Of a stretch of 64,000 nucleotides of DNA, positions 41,921 to 52,084 are shown piece by piece. Within the stretch, counting starts at the first letter, position 1. The number at the start of each line of letters is the position of its first letter. The notes beneath the pieces are model-generated. The model worked only from the letters and a program-made list of their open reading frames with translations, had not been told where the DNA came from and did no database searches. The stretch is taken from positions 7,921 to 71,920 of the forward strand of contig WQVM01000001.1 in assembly GCA_009783985.1 (NCBI GenBank), in the 5' to 3' direction. Source of the DNA: Bacillota bacterium. GTDB taxonomy: Bacteria; Bacillota; Clostridia; Christensenellales; Pumilibacteraceae. A program made the position numbers and the translations under genes.

Positions 41921-43810
41921 ATGATAAAAAAAATTATAACAATATTATTATGTCTTGTGCTTAGCTTGTCTGTTTTTGTGGGCTGCGTGCTTTTTGATTT
42001 TGACGAAGAGCGAGATATGCAAAGAGTTGTTGCGACAATCGCACCGATTCCTTTTACTGCTGACGCTAATGGGACAAGCTCTACCGAGCGTGTGATTTTT
42101 AAGCAAGACCTTATAATGGCTTTTAATGCACAGGGTATGCAACATATTCAAGACGGAGCTACCTTCGAAGAAGCTTTCCTTAGAGTAATGCGAAGTATGG
42201 TAACAAGAGAGCTTCTTGTTATAGAAGCCGAGAGGCTTATGTACCACGACAATATTCTTTGGGATTTGCGTTGGGAGGATAAGAGAGACGAGTATGGGGC
42301 TATTGTTTATGAGCCTGTTCTTGACCAAGGACAGCTTGTTCCTAAGCGTGTACTTGTAGGTGTAGCTGAAGATGACAGGATTTATAATGAAACAAACGCA
42401 CTTCGCCGTCAAATTTTTGCCCAAATTGACAACGAGCTTCTTAACCTTCAAAACACTATCCTAAACGAAAGAAATATGGACTCTATTCCTGATATTAGGG
42501 ACCACGGCACACCACCGACAGATTTTCCGGTAAGACCTGGTGAGGAACCAGAAGAAATCCTAGAAAGAGAACTTTGGACACCTGCCCCAAGCACTTGGTT
42601 TGGTGCGAGTCAAGACCCGTATACCAGTAGCCTAGAGCGTAATGCTGTCCGCCGTTTTGTGTCGCTTATAATCCGCTTGACCGAAGAGGACTTTAGACCG
42701 ACTGCCGAGGATAGGGCACGCTTTGAGGCGGATATGACTATTTTGCGTCCGCTTTTGGATGGTTATGTTGATGGGGTTAATGTTGGTGCTAATGAGAGTA
42801 TTATTCAAATCTACCCGATATTGGCTGACCTATATATGGTTGACTGGCTAATCGGTAGGCATGTCAGAGAGCAAATGAAGATTGGTCTGCTTAGAGACGC
42901 TATTATGGCAGGTGCTCATCTTGAGCAAGGCGGAACAAGGGATGAGCTTATAACCGAAGACCAAATAGAGCAACATTTTTTCCGTATGCAAGATGAGCAA
43001 AGAACACTTTTTAGTGCTAATCGTGCCGCATACGAATCAGCTGCCGCTAATCAATTGATTTTGTATCGTCCTGCTCATCCTTATCAAGAGCTTTTTTATG
43101 TAATGCATATTCTTATTCCGTTCAGCGATGCCCAAAGTGCAGAGCTTACTGCTGCACGCACTGCAGGTGCAACCCCTCAAGAGATTCATAACCTTAGAAA
43201 TACATTAGGCAGCCAAGTAAGAGGTTATCGCCGTGTTGGCGGGAATAATTTCGGGACATCTATGTCTATAGGCGAAATTGTTACTGAGATAAGAGGGGCT
43301 ATGTCAAGACCAAGTAATAATATTAATGAGTCTGCGGCAGCATTTAGAGAGCTTGTATATACTTTTAATACTGATCCCGGAATGTTTGGCAATAGTAGAG
43401 GATATGCCGTCAATGCTACTGGTGCATCACAGTTTGTGCCTGAGTTTACTAGTGGGGCAAGAGAGCTATTGAGTATGGCAGGCAGTCAGAGAGGCGGTAT
43501 ACTATTAGAGGAGCCTGTGCTTAGCGACTTTGGCTGGCACATTATGTTCTTGTTTGATAGACCTGAAAGGGGTCCCGTTCCTAATCTTGGTGCGTATGAA
43601 ACACCGCTAAGGGACAGGACTATTGGAGATGCTATCAGAGAGCAGATGATGGAGGGTGCTGTTGACCATGCTTTTGATGAGTGGCAAAGAAATAACATCA
43701 ATATCCATCTTTCAACCCAAAACAGAAGAAGAGGCGTTATCACACACGCTTCAGGTGTAGTAACAATCTACGAAAGAGAATACCGCAACTTATTCTCAAG
43801 ATTAGACTAA
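41921..43810 (+). CDS. Large lipoprotein with C-terminal parvulin-type peptidyl-prolyl isomerase domain (PrsA/SurA-like foldase)
   Basis: Lipobox-like SVFVGC. C-terminal ...FVPEFTSGAREL...GGILLEEPVLSDFGWHIMFLFD resembles the PpiC rotamase core. Confidence 0.6.
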   Translation: MIKKIITILLCLVLSLSVFVGCVLFDFDEERDMQRVVATIAPIPFTADANGTSSTERVIFKQDLIMAFNAQGMQHIQDGATFEEAFLRVMRSMVTRELLVIEAERLMYHDNILWDLRWEDKRDEYGAIVYEPVLDQGQLVPKRVLVGVAEDDRIYNETNALRRQIFAQIDNELLNLQNTILNERNMDSIPDIRDHGTPPTDFPVRPGEEPEEILERELWTPAPSTWFGASQDPYTSSLERNAVRRFVSLIIRLTEEDFRPTAEDRARFEADMTILRPLLDGYVDGVNVGANESIIQIYPILADLYMVDWLIGRHVREQMKIGLLRDAIMAGAHLEQGGTRDELITEDQIEQHFFRMQDEQRTLFSANRAAYESAAANQLILYRPAHPYQELFYVMHILIPFSDAQSAELTAARTAGATPQEIHNLRNTLGSQVRGYRRVGGNNFGTSMSIGEIVTEIRGAMSRPSNNINESAAAFRELVYTFNTDPGMFGNSRGYAVNATGASQFVPEFTSGARELLSMAGSQRGGILLEEPVLSDFGWHIMFLFDRPERGPVPNLGAYETPLRDRTIGDAIREQMMEGAVDHAFDEWQRNNINIHLSTQNRRRGVITHASGVVTIYEREYRNLFSRLD

Positions 43811-43819
43811 GAATTGATT

Positions 43820-43908
43820 GAAAACTTAAAAGTGAAAGATGAGTGTTTTGTGGTTAGCTGTAGCTAATTTACTAGTCAATAATTTTCACTTTTAAGTTTT
43901 CCTTTTTC
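43820..43908 (+). terminator. Long-stem terminator
   Basis: Perfect 18-bp inverted repeat GAAAACTTAAAAGTGAAA / TTTCACTTTTAAGTTTTC with an inner TTAGCT-GT-AGCTAA, followed by CTTTTTC. Confidence 0.7.
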
Positions 43909-43917
43909 ATTGTAACA

Positions 43918-44979
43918 ATGTTATCTGCAAAAGCAAAAAATATAACTCCCTATACAGCGGGCGAACAACCGCAAGACGGAGTTTATATCAAACTCAACAC
44001 TAACGAGAATCCTTATCCGCCTGTGCCCGAGATTTATCAATGCTTGGCGGGGGCGGACTTTTCTAATTTGCGTCTTTATCCAGACCCAAATAATGTCAAG
44101 CTAAGACAGGCAATTGCCCAAAAAGAGGGTGTCGGGGTGGATAATATTTTTGTAGGTAATAGCAGTGACGAGGTGCTTGCGCTTGCTTTTTTGACCCTAT
44201 TCGAAAAAACTAAGGGAGCATTGTTATTCCCTGACATTACATATAGTTTTTATAAAGTGTGGGCGGATTTATACGATATTCCGTACAAGACTTTGCCGCT
44301 TGATGACAGTTATAAGATAAGGGTCAAAGACTACTTAGACAAAGGCAGTAAATGCGGAATAATTTTTGCCAATCCTAATGCTCCGACTTCAATACTTTTG
44401 GAAAGAGATGCTATCGAGAGTATTCTCAAAGCCAATAAGAGTATCCCTGTCGTTGTTGATGAGGCATACATAGAATTTGCCGAAAAAAATGCAAGCAGTG
44501 TGCCACTTATCAAAAAATATAAAAATCTTATAGTCGTTAAGACTTTTTCTAAGAGTCACAGCCTAGCAGGTGCAAGGGTGGGCTATGCGGTAGGTGATAA
44601 GGTGGCTATTGATGGGTTATTTAGGATTAAGGATTGTTTTAATAGTTATCCGCTTGACCGTATATGTGCAGATATTGCAACAATTGCCATAACAGCCAGT
44701 GACTACTACAATGATATAACAGCTAAAATTATTTCTACACGCAACAAGACGGCTGACAAACTTGCAAAAATAGGCTATACAGTTTTGCCATCGTCTGCTA
44801 ACTTTTTGTTTGTCAGTCATCCAAAATTTAGTGGTACAGATATCTATAATTATCTCAAAAAAAATAAAATTTTGGTAAGAGTGTGGGATAAACCCCGTCT
44901 AAGCGAATATGCAAGGATTACAATCGGCACCGAAACTGATATGAATGAACTATGCAAGAGATTAGAGATGTTTAAGTGA
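43918..44979 (+). CDS. hisC: Histidinol-phosphate aminotransferase
   Basis: 353 aa. ...YPDPNN..LRQAIA..., PLP-lysine context KTFSKSHSLAGARVGY. Confidence 0.85.
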   Translation: MLSAKAKNITPYTAGEQPQDGVYIKLNTNENPYPPVPEIYQCLAGADFSNLRLYPDPNNVKLRQAIAQKEGVGVDNIFVGNSSDEVLALAFLTLFEKTKGALLFPDITYSFYKVWADLYDIPYKTLPLDDSYKIRVKDYLDKGSKCGIIFANPNAPTSILLERDAIESILKANKSIPVVVDEAYIEFAEKNASSVPLIKKYKNLIVVKTFSKSHSLAGARVGYAVGDKVAIDGLFRIKDCFNSYPLDRICADIATIAITASDYYNDITAKIISTRNKTADKLAKIGYTVLPSSANFLFVSHPKFSGTDIYNYLKKNKILVRVWDKPRLSEYARITIGTETDMNELCKRLEMFK

Positions 44980-45021
44980 AAGGTGAAGAGGAAAGATAGT
45001 AAGGTTTAACTAGACTAGAGC

Positions 45022-45726
45022 ATGTTAGATACAATCAAAAAATATATCTCAGAATATAGTACGATATCTCATGAGTCAAAAACTGTTATACTTTTTGCAT
45101 ATCCGTACATACCATACAAAAATCTAACAATTGACGCTTATTATGTTGCGTCACAAGAGTGTTATAATCTAACCAAAACGATAATAGCCGAATTAGGCAA
45201 GGCAGGAATAGCCTCAGAGGCAGGTCGTAATTTGCCGTTGCAAGAACTGGCAATCAAAAGCGGACTTGCATACAAAAAAGGTAAGAATGGATTAGCCTAT
45301 CACAAAAAATATGGCTCAAGATTTTGTATAGGGGCTATAGTTTTGCAAAGTGACGAAAAGATAGAGGATACTGTCTTAGGCGTTCCGCTATGCAATCCCG
45401 ATTGCATCCTTTGTATCAAAGCGTGTCCTAACGGTGCAATAACTCAAACTAAAGTCAACTATAGTAAGTGTTTGCGTCATCTGGCCAACGACCCAAAATC
45501 TATGACTTCCGCCCAAATCAAAATGTTAGGCGGGCGGGTTTTAGGTTGCGATATTTGTCAGCGTGCTTGCCCTCAAAACAAAACTGAGTATATAGATATG
45601 CCCCCCGACCTAAGCGATATATGCCACGACCTAACCAGCCCTGCCAACATCAAAAAACTAAGCAACTTAATCGGCAAGAATATGACACGCATTCCTCGTG
45701 AGTTGACACGCACAGTCAAACTGTGA
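45022..45726 (+). CDS. QueG-like 4Fe-4S double-cluster protein (short epoxyqueuosine-reductase-like)
   Basis: CILCIKACPNGAI and GCDICQRACPQN ferredoxin motifs with an intervening CLRHL. Confidence 0.5.
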   Translation: MLDTIKKYISEYSTISHESKTVILFAYPYIPYKNLTIDAYYVASQECYNLTKTIIAELGKAGIASEAGRNLPLQELAIKSGLAYKKGKNGLAYHKKYGSRFCIGAIVLQSDEKIEDTVLGVPLCNPDCILCIKACPNGAITQTKVNYSKCLRHLANDPKSMTSAQIKMLGGRVLGCDICQRACPQNKTEYIDMPPDLSDICHDLTSPANIKKLSNLIGKNMTRIPRELTRTVKL

Positions 45727-45738
45727 TATAATAATTGT

Positions 45739-46698
45739 ATGAGAAAGATTCGGTGGGCGATTTGCGGGCTTGGACGCATTGCTGAGAGATTTTTGACCGT
45801 TTGTAACGGGATAGAAAATTGCGAGGTTGTTGCGACGGCGTCGAGTGATAAAAGGCGGGCAGAGGAGTTTGCTGTTAGGCATAATCTCAAATATGCTTAT
45901 ACTTATGACGAGCTATATAAGTCAAAAGAAATTGACGCTGTATATATAGCGACTAATATGAGCGTACATTGTCCTAATACTCTTGGATTGTTAGCTAATC
46001 GTATTCCTATGCTGTGTGAGAAGTCGTTTAGTCTAGACGATTTGCAAGCGGCAAAAATGATAACCTCTGCTAAGCAAAATGACACCCTGCTTATGGAGGC
46101 AATGTGGACGAGATTCTTGCCGTCTACGCAAAAGGTTGTTGAGCTAGTTAGGAGCGGAATGTTGGGTGCGATAACACATATTGACGGGATTTTTGCGGGC
46201 GATATGAGGGGTGACCCTGACTGTCGGATTTTCAAAAAAGAGTTGGGTGGCGGTTCGGTCTTAGATATTGGGGTTTATGTGGTGGCTTATGTGTATGCCT
46301 TGCTTGGTGTGCCTAGTGGGATTAGTGCAAGCGGTATCGTAGAGGGCGGAGTAGACCACGAGTGTAACTTTGAGTTGACTTATGATTGTGGGGCAAAAGC
46401 CAAATTGCTGTCGTCCGTAATTAGAGAGTACAGGGCTAATATGGAGATTACTTGCCAAAAAGGCAAAATCACTATTCCTGATTTTTTTGGAGCAAAGAGT
46501 GTCGAGGTAGAGTATGCGGACAAAACAAAAAAGCAATATACTTTTGAGGATATAGACGGCTTTGTTTATCAGATAAGACATTTTAATGAGCTACTAAGGA
46601 CAGGCAAAAAGCAAAGTCTTATACAGACTTTTGAGGATACTTATCAAGTAATGAAAATATTGACAGAAGCTAATAGGCAAATGGGAGTGGTTTTATAA
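45739..46698 (+). CDS. Gfo/Idh/MocA-family NAD(P)-dependent oxidoreductase
   Basis: N-terminal Rossmann IRWAICGLGRIAERF, EKSF motif region (LCEKSFSL). Confidence 0.8.
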   Translation: MRKIRWAICGLGRIAERFLTVCNGIENCEVVATASSDKRRAEEFAVRHNLKYAYTYDELYKSKEIDAVYIATNMSVHCPNTLGLLANRIPMLCEKSFSLDDLQAAKMITSAKQNDTLLMEAMWTRFLPSTQKVVELVRSGMLGAITHIDGIFAGDMRGDPDCRIFKKELGGGSVLDIGVYVVAYVYALLGVPSGISASGIVEGGVDHECNFELTYDCGAKAKLLSSVIREYRANMEITCQKGKITIPDFFGAKSVEVEYADKTKKQYTFEDIDGFVYQIRHFNELLRTGKKQSLIQTFEDTYQVMKILTEANRQMGVVL

Positions 46699-47540
46699 TG
46701 TCAGCTAAAATAATAGACGGTAAAAAAATAGCCGAGCAGACTCGTGGCAAGCTAAAGGCGGAGGCGGAGGCTTTTGTTAAAAAGTATAAGCGACAGCCAG
46801 GACTTGCGGTTGTGCTTGTGGGGGAAGACCCTGCGAGTAAGGTTTATGTAGGTAACAAAGTCGCAGGGTGTGAGCAAGTGGGTATCAAATCATTCGCTCA
46901 TTATTTGGCGGTTGATGTTACTCAGGTAAAACTGATTGAACTTATAGACAAGCTCAATCGTGACAAAGCTGTTGACGGAATTTTAGTGCAGTTGCCCCTA
47001 CCTAAGCATATAGACGAGCGTACAGTCTTGGCTAGGCTTGACCCTAAAAAAGATGTGGATTGTTTTAGTGTAAGCAATGCTGGTGCACTTTTGTTAGGAG
47101 AGCCGTGTCTTGCCGCTTGCACTCCGGCGGGTTGTATTGAGTTGATTAAATCTACAGGCGTATCAATGTCGGGACTCAATGCGGTGGTTATCGGGCGGAG
47201 CAATATCGTAGGTAAACCTATGGCAATGTTGCTATTGCAAGAGAATTGTACCGTCACCATATGTCATTCACGGACTAAAGACCTAGCAAAGGTGACTAAA
47301 CAAGCCGATATTTTGGTGGCGGCAATCGGTAAAAAGGAATTTGTTACGGGCGATATGGTTAAATCGGGTGCGATTGTTATAGATGTAGGAATCAACCGCC
47401 ACGAGGGTAAGCTATACGGAGATGTTAATTTTGGCGAGGTAAGTAAAGTCGCAGGATATATTACACCTGTCCCCGGTGGTGTGGGACCTATGACGATAAC
47501 AATGCTGCTTGCTAATACTTTGAAAGCAGCTAGGGCATAA
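46698..47540 (+). CDS. folD: Bifunctional methylenetetrahydrofolate dehydrogenase/methenyl-THF cyclohydrolase
   Basis: IIDGK..A, VLVGEDPASKVYV, GILVQLPLP, VVIGRSNIVGKP, TPVPGGVGPMTI. Confidence 0.95.
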   Translation: MSAKIIDGKKIAEQTRGKLKAEAEAFVKKYKRQPGLAVVLVGEDPASKVYVGNKVAGCEQVGIKSFAHYLAVDVTQVKLIELIDKLNRDKAVDGILVQLPLPKHIDERTVLARLDPKKDVDCFSVSNAGALLLGEPCLAACTPAGCIELIKSTGVSMSGLNAVVIGRSNIVGKPMAMLLLQENCTVTICHSRTKDLAKVTKQADILVAAIGKKEFVTGDMVKSGAIVIDVGINRHEGKLYGDVNFGEVSKVAGYITPVPGGVGPMTITMLLANTLKAARA

Positions 47541-47593
47541 TAAAATAAGTACTCAATGCACACCACCTGTAATTAAGATACAATAACAACAAA

Positions 47594-48991
47594 ATGACTG
47601 ACGAAAGTAACATAAGCGAGATAACGCAAGACATAAATATCATGCAAAAGTACAAGCTGACAATAGTCGCTTGTCTTTTTAGTGTAATGACTTTTGTTGT
47701 GGCTATCAACCTAGTGCCTATACTTTTTGTTCCGTTGATGAATCTGTATGGATTGCCTTTTAGTAATTTGGGACTTCTTATTGCGATATCGTTTGTAACG
47801 CAGATGGCTGTAATGTTGCTATGCAGTAAGCTACCCGACAAAATAGGGCTTAGACCCGTTTTGCTTACCACCAGTGCACTCACTGTAATCGGTTTTTTGT
47901 TTTTTTTCTTGGTGCCGTATGTTTTTGCCGAGAGCATTATTTTAGCCGGACTTATTATTGCCGTAATTATTTACGGTTGCGGTGCAGGATTTTTGGGTGC
48001 TATGCTCAATCCTATGATTAATGCACTACCGCTCAAAAACAAAGAGCGAAGCCTAACGCTATTTCATACTTCGTACGCAGGGCTTATGGTGCTTGCTATA
48101 ATCGGGACAACTTTGAGTATATTCTTTTTGCCGTACAAGAACTGGAATTTTGTTCCGTTGATTTGGATTATTATTCCTGTGAGTGCTTTTTTGCTTTGGA
48201 TTAAAGCTCCGATAATAACGCCGAAAACGAGCGGAGAAGAAAGAAGAAAGAAGAAAGAAGAAAGAAACCGTCATTGCGAGGATCTTTGCGACGAAGCAAT
48301 CCCATGTGAAGAAAGCAAGGGTCAAATAAATAATGACAAGCCAAAATCCAAAAATAAAGGTATCCTTATAATCCTGCTTTGTGCTATGACGGCGGCTTTG
48401 GCGTCCGAAGCCATTATAGCCAAGGGGGCATCATCTTATATAGAGGTCGGGCTTAATGTAACCAAACTTGTCGGGGATATTTTGGGTCCTGCGATGTTTG
48501 CACTTAGTCTTGCGATAGGGCGGCTTGTCTACGGACTATGGGGCAAAAAGAACAATATGCGTGCCCTTATGATAGGCGGTAGTTTTGTGTGTTTTGTGTT
48601 TTATCTTGTTGCCGCTCTCACTCCGTCCGCAGGGGTCGGGGTTGCCGCCCTTGCGCTATCGGGTTTTGCGGTGAGCTTGCTAGTTCCCGGTATAATGGTC
48701 GAAACAGGAGAACGGTACAAAACAGGCGGCGTAAGAATTTTTGTTATGATAAGTATGGCGGGCAAAATCGGTGCGGCGGGCGGTCCTGCATTATTCGGAA
48801 TGTTCGGCGGGATTCTTGATAATACGGCTTGGGCAGGCTTTGCGTATGACTTAGGACTAACAACTCAAGCCCTAGCCCTCAGAATAACCCTGCTCATTTG
48901 TGCGATTTTCCCGCTCCTATCAATGATACTACAAATAATGCTCAAAAGAAACGCAAAAACAAATACACAAGAAAACAAAAACCTCACTTGA
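47594..48991 (+). CDS. MFS transporter with an unusually charged central loop that contains repeat-derived sequence
   Basis: About 12 hydrophobic segments split by the loop ...SGEERRKKKEERNRHCEDLCDEAIPCEESKGQINNDKPKSKNKG. True start may be Met17 (47642). Confidence 0.75.
   Translation: MTDESNISEITQDINIMQKYKLTIVACLFSVMTFVVAINLVPILFVPLMNLYGLPFSNLGLLIAISFVTQMAVMLLCSKLPDKIGLRPVLLTTSALTVIGFLFFFLVPYVFAESIILAGLIIAVIIYGCGAGFLGAMLNPMINALPLKNKERSLTLFHTSYAGLMVLAIIGTTLSIFFLPYKNWNFVPLIWIIIPVSAFLLWIKAPIITPKTSGEERRKKKEERNRHCEDLCDEAIPCEESKGQINNDKPKSKNKGILIILLCAMTAALASEAIIAKGASSYIEVGLNVTKLVGDILGPAMFALSLAIGRLVYGLWGKKNNMRALMIGGSFVCFVFYLVAALTPSAGVGVAALALSGFAVSLLVPGIMVETGERYKTGGVRIFVMISMAGKIGAAGGPALFGMFGGILDNTAWAGFAYDLGLTTQALALRITLLICAIFPLLSMILQIMLKRNAKTNTQENKNLT
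48236..48267 (+). repeat. Heptanucleotide tandem repeat (GAAGAAA)x4 plus partial unit inside the MFS coding sequence
   Basis: GAAGAAA GAAGAAA GAAGAAA GAAGAAA GAAA read directly; encodes EERRKKKEERN. Confidence 0.9.
48270..48307 (+). repeat. In-frame half copy of the box1/box2 palindromic repeat inside the MFS gene
   Basis: GTCATTGCGAGGATCTTTGCGACGAAGCAATCCCATGT versus intergenic GTCATTGCGAGGAGCGAAAGCGACGAAGCAATCCCATGT at 57184-57221. Confidence 0.85.
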
Positions 48992-49010
48992 ATTTTCAGG
49001 TGAGGTTTTA
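48981..49010 (+). terminator. Rho-independent terminator overlapping the MFS stop codon
   Basis: ACCTCAC-TTGAATTTTCAG-GTGAGGT followed by TTTT. Confidence 0.7.
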
Positions 49011-49264
49011 GACAGTAGACGAACTCATATTATTGGATTGCTGATAGTAGGAGTTTTGATTTAGACCGTAGAACTCTCAAGGACGATAATGAGAATACTC
49101 GCCCTGAAGTTAAGGAAATAACTGCATCCAAGAGCAATTGTCAAAGCGGATTATTCCAAGGGCGAATAAAGAAATACATTACATATAACGCTCAAGTAGC
49201 TTGTGGCGACTTAATAACGCACTTGTTTGCTCAATGCCGTTATCTCATTGGGCTTGAATTTTAA

Positions 49265-49293
49265 TTGACAAAAGTTTTTTTTTGTGCTATAAT
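49265..49293 (+). promoter_or_regulatory. Consensus promoter upstream of recJ
   Basis: TTGACA, 17-nt spacer, TATAAT. Confidence 0.7.
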
Positions 49294-49382
49294 TGGGAGG
49301 AAGTTTAGTTGACACTATATAGCATACTGCTCTTTTCTTTTGTGAGGGGAGCGGGGATTTTTGCAGAGCAAGATATAAGCTT

Positions 49383-51710
49383 ATGATATTTAGAAAGAAA
49401 CACAATTTGAGTGAGGCGGAGAGGGATGAGGTTAAATCTCTTGCTAAGGTAGCAGGATTTGGGCATGATAAGATGACCGAAATTTTGTATTGCAGGGGGC
49501 TTAGGACTGCCGACCAAATCAAGGATTTTTTGACGCCTGATATTCGCAAAATGTACGACCCTTTTTTGTTTAAGGGTATGAGGACGGCTGTAGAGCGTAT
49601 TACAGAGGCGATAGAGGGCGGTGAGCGGATTGCTATCTATGGCGACTATGATGTGGACGGAATTTGTGCTACGGCTATATTGACGCTTTATTTGGTCGAA
49701 CGAGGAGTGCAGGTTTATCCTTTTATCCCAAACCGTGTTGCTGACGGATACGGACTTAATATTGAAAGCCTAGAGGGGATAATTGAACGGGGCGATGTTA
49801 GTTTGCTCATTACTTGCGATTGCGGTATAAGTGGCATTGATGAGATAGCTCACTGCATGGATTTGGGTGTGGATGTCATTGTTACTGACCATCACGAGGT
49901 GGGCGAGAGATTGCCTGAGTGTATCGCTGTCGTAGATGCTAAGCAAGACGATTGCGGATATCCTTTTAGAGAGCTGTGCGGTGCGAGTGTCGCTCTCAAG
50001 CTTGTCGAGGCTCTTGGCGGAAGGCAAGTGGCGGAGAAGTATCTGTACCTAGCGTCATTAGCAACCATAGCTGACTTAGTTCCGCTAGTGGACGAAAACC
50101 GTTTGATAGTTCAGTTAGGGCTTAGGCAACTAAAGAGCCGTCCTAATAGGGGGCTTGCACAGCTAATGGACAAGCTTAAGATGGATAGTAGTGTGACGGC
50201 AGGCGACATAGCGTACAAAATATCGCCGCATATCAATGCCGCAGGGCGTATGGGCGACGCAGGCAGGGCTTTTGAGCTAATAACCGATGCTGACCCTATT
50301 AGGGCAGAGCAACTTATTGATGAGATTTTGAGAGATAATACCCAACGGCGAGAAGTGTGCGAGAGTATGTATCAAGAGGCGGTTGCCCTCATACGGGACA
50401 AAGGTCTTGCCAAGCAACCTAGCATAATTATCAACAATCCTTCGTGGGAGAGAGGAATTACAGGAATAGTTTCGGCAAGACTGGCTAATGAGTTTTGCCG
50501 ACCGGCTTTTTTGCTCGTTGACCAAGGTGACGGTTTGCTCAAGGGGACGGCTCGGAGTTATGCCGGTATCAACTTGCATGAGCTTTTGGGTCAGGTTGCG
50601 GATACTTTAGAGGAATTCGGAGGGCATTCGCAGGCGGCAGGATTTTCTTTGAAAGCGGATAAGGCAGAGGACTTTACAAAAGGAATCAACAAGGCTTTAG
50701 CTAATAGGGACGACTTGTATTTGCCTGTGTTTGAGTATGATATAGAGGTAGCGGCGGGCGAACTTACTTTGGATTTTGCTAAGGCCTTGTCGGCACTTGA
50801 GCCGTTTGGCAATAGCAATCCTCGTCCGCAGTTATTAGTGCGTGAGTATGGAGTAACGGCTCAAGTGCAAGGAACGCATTGTGCAGTAACTTTGAGTGGC
50901 AATGTAAAGGGAATGATTTTTTCTCATGCTAAGTTTGCCGAAAACTTATGCGGTAAAAAACAAAAAACTTTTTTAGCGGAGTTGTCGGTCAATCAATATA
51001 ACGGTAAGGAATATCCTAGGATTGTACTTAAAGAGGCGTGGGTAAGTCAGTTAGAGCCTGACGGGGCTAAGGTGCGGGCTGGGTGGCTATATAGTCAAAT
51101 TGCAAATTACAATGTACAAATTGCAAACAATGTACAAATAAAACCCATTGCTTTTGATAAGATTGGGGATATAATCAAGGACCGTAAGATGGGGGTGCTT
51201 GTTATATGTGGCAACACGGAGACTTATAGCCGATTTGCGGAGGTTTATGGTAAGCGGATTTTGCTACATGAATTCTTGCACGCAAGGAGTAACAATAATA
51301 TAACAAAAGTAATGGTGTCACCTGTGTTTGACTTTGACTTGTCGGGATATGAGGATATAATACTGCTTGATAAGCCTTTGACAGACGCTTATTACGAGTT
51401 TGTCAAAAACCACACAAGCGGAAATATTTGGGTGACAAACGACGCTCCGCTATATAAAGGGGCAAAACTTAACCGAGAAATAATGGGCGCCGTATACAAG
51501 GAAGCGTGTAAAATGCAATCTGGCACTTCCGTCCTCGACCATTACACCACTATAATAGCACCACCCTTTAGTCTGGAACAATGGACAGCAGGGCTTGCTG
51601 TTTTGGGCGAGCTTGGGGTAGTTAATATAAATCTCCCTTACGCGCTGACAATAAATAAAGGTATTAAAGCGGATTTGGAAAAATCTAAAATCTATGTGGC
51701 GTTAAAATAA
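49383..51710 (+). CDS. recJ: Single-stranded-DNA-specific exonuclease RecJ
   Basis: DHH motifs IAIYGDYDVDGICA, ITCDCG, VIVTDHH. DHHA1 GGHSQAAGF. Confidence 0.9.
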   Translation: MIFRKKHNLSEAERDEVKSLAKVAGFGHDKMTEILYCRGLRTADQIKDFLTPDIRKMYDPFLFKGMRTAVERITEAIEGGERIAIYGDYDVDGICATAILTLYLVERGVQVYPFIPNRVADGYGLNIESLEGIIERGDVSLLITCDCGISGIDEIAHCMDLGVDVIVTDHHEVGERLPECIAVVDAKQDDCGYPFRELCGASVALKLVEALGGRQVAEKYLYLASLATIADLVPLVDENRLIVQLGLRQLKSRPNRGLAQLMDKLKMDSSVTAGDIAYKISPHINAAGRMGDAGRAFELITDADPIRAEQLIDEILRDNTQRREVCESMYQEAVALIRDKGLAKQPSIIINNPSWERGITGIVSARLANEFCRPAFLLVDQGDGLLKGTARSYAGINLHELLGQVADTLEEFGGHSQAAGFSLKADKAEDFTKGINKALANRDDLYLPVFEYDIEVAAGELTLDFAKALSALEPFGNSNPRPQLLVREYGVTAQVQGTHCAVTLSGNVKGMIFSHAKFAENLCGKKQKTFLAELSVNQYNGKEYPRIVLKEAWVSQLEPDGAKVRAGWLYSQIANYNVQIANNVQIKPIAFDKIGDIIKDRKMGVLVICGNTETYSRFAEVYGKRILLHEFLHARSNNNITKVMVSPVFDFDLSGYEDIILLDKPLTDAYYEFVKNHTSGNIWVTNDAPLYKGAKLNREIMGAVYKEACKMQSGTSVLDHYTTIIAPPFSLEQWTAGLAVLGELGVVNINLPYALTINKGIKADLEKSKIYVALK

Positions 51711-51724
51711 CAGGAGAATATAAA

Positions 51725-52084
51725 ATGCAGTATAATCAAAATACACCGGCTTCGGAGTTAATTGACTTTACGAGTAATATTGGTTCGGGTCAAGAGTTTA
51801 ACAGAGATACATTGCACCTTTTTTGTTCGCCGCTTTTCCTTAAAGCAATGTATGAACTTTATGATAAAAATATCCAAACAATATCATGCGGTTCGGGTAA
51901 AGAGAGGGGGATTCTTCCAGGTATTACTTGTAACTACGATACTCTAAGTGACGAAAATAAAAAGCTGGCAAAAAATCTAATTATATCTGAAGGGCAATTC
52001 CGAATCGGAGCAGAAATTACAAAGGACACCACTTTTGCAGAGTTTGAAAGTAAACTTCTTGATATTGTCGATATTTTTAAGTAA
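51725..52084 (+). CDS. Hypothetical protein
   Basis: 119-aa ORF with an AGGAG RBS. No family recognised. Confidence 0.5.
   Translation: MQYNQNTPASELIDFTSNIGSGQEFNRDTLHLFCSPLFLKAMYELYDKNIQTISCGSGKERGILPGITCNYDTLSDENKKLAKNLIISEGQFRIGAEITKDTTFAEFESKLLDIVDIFK

Noticed and set aside
41948-42451. 167-aa minus-strand ORF inside the PrsA-like gene; similar shadow ORFs 12865-13332 and 60694-61152
   Set aside because: They are antisense to genes with clear domain signatures (PPIase lipoprotein, ABC permease, SMC).
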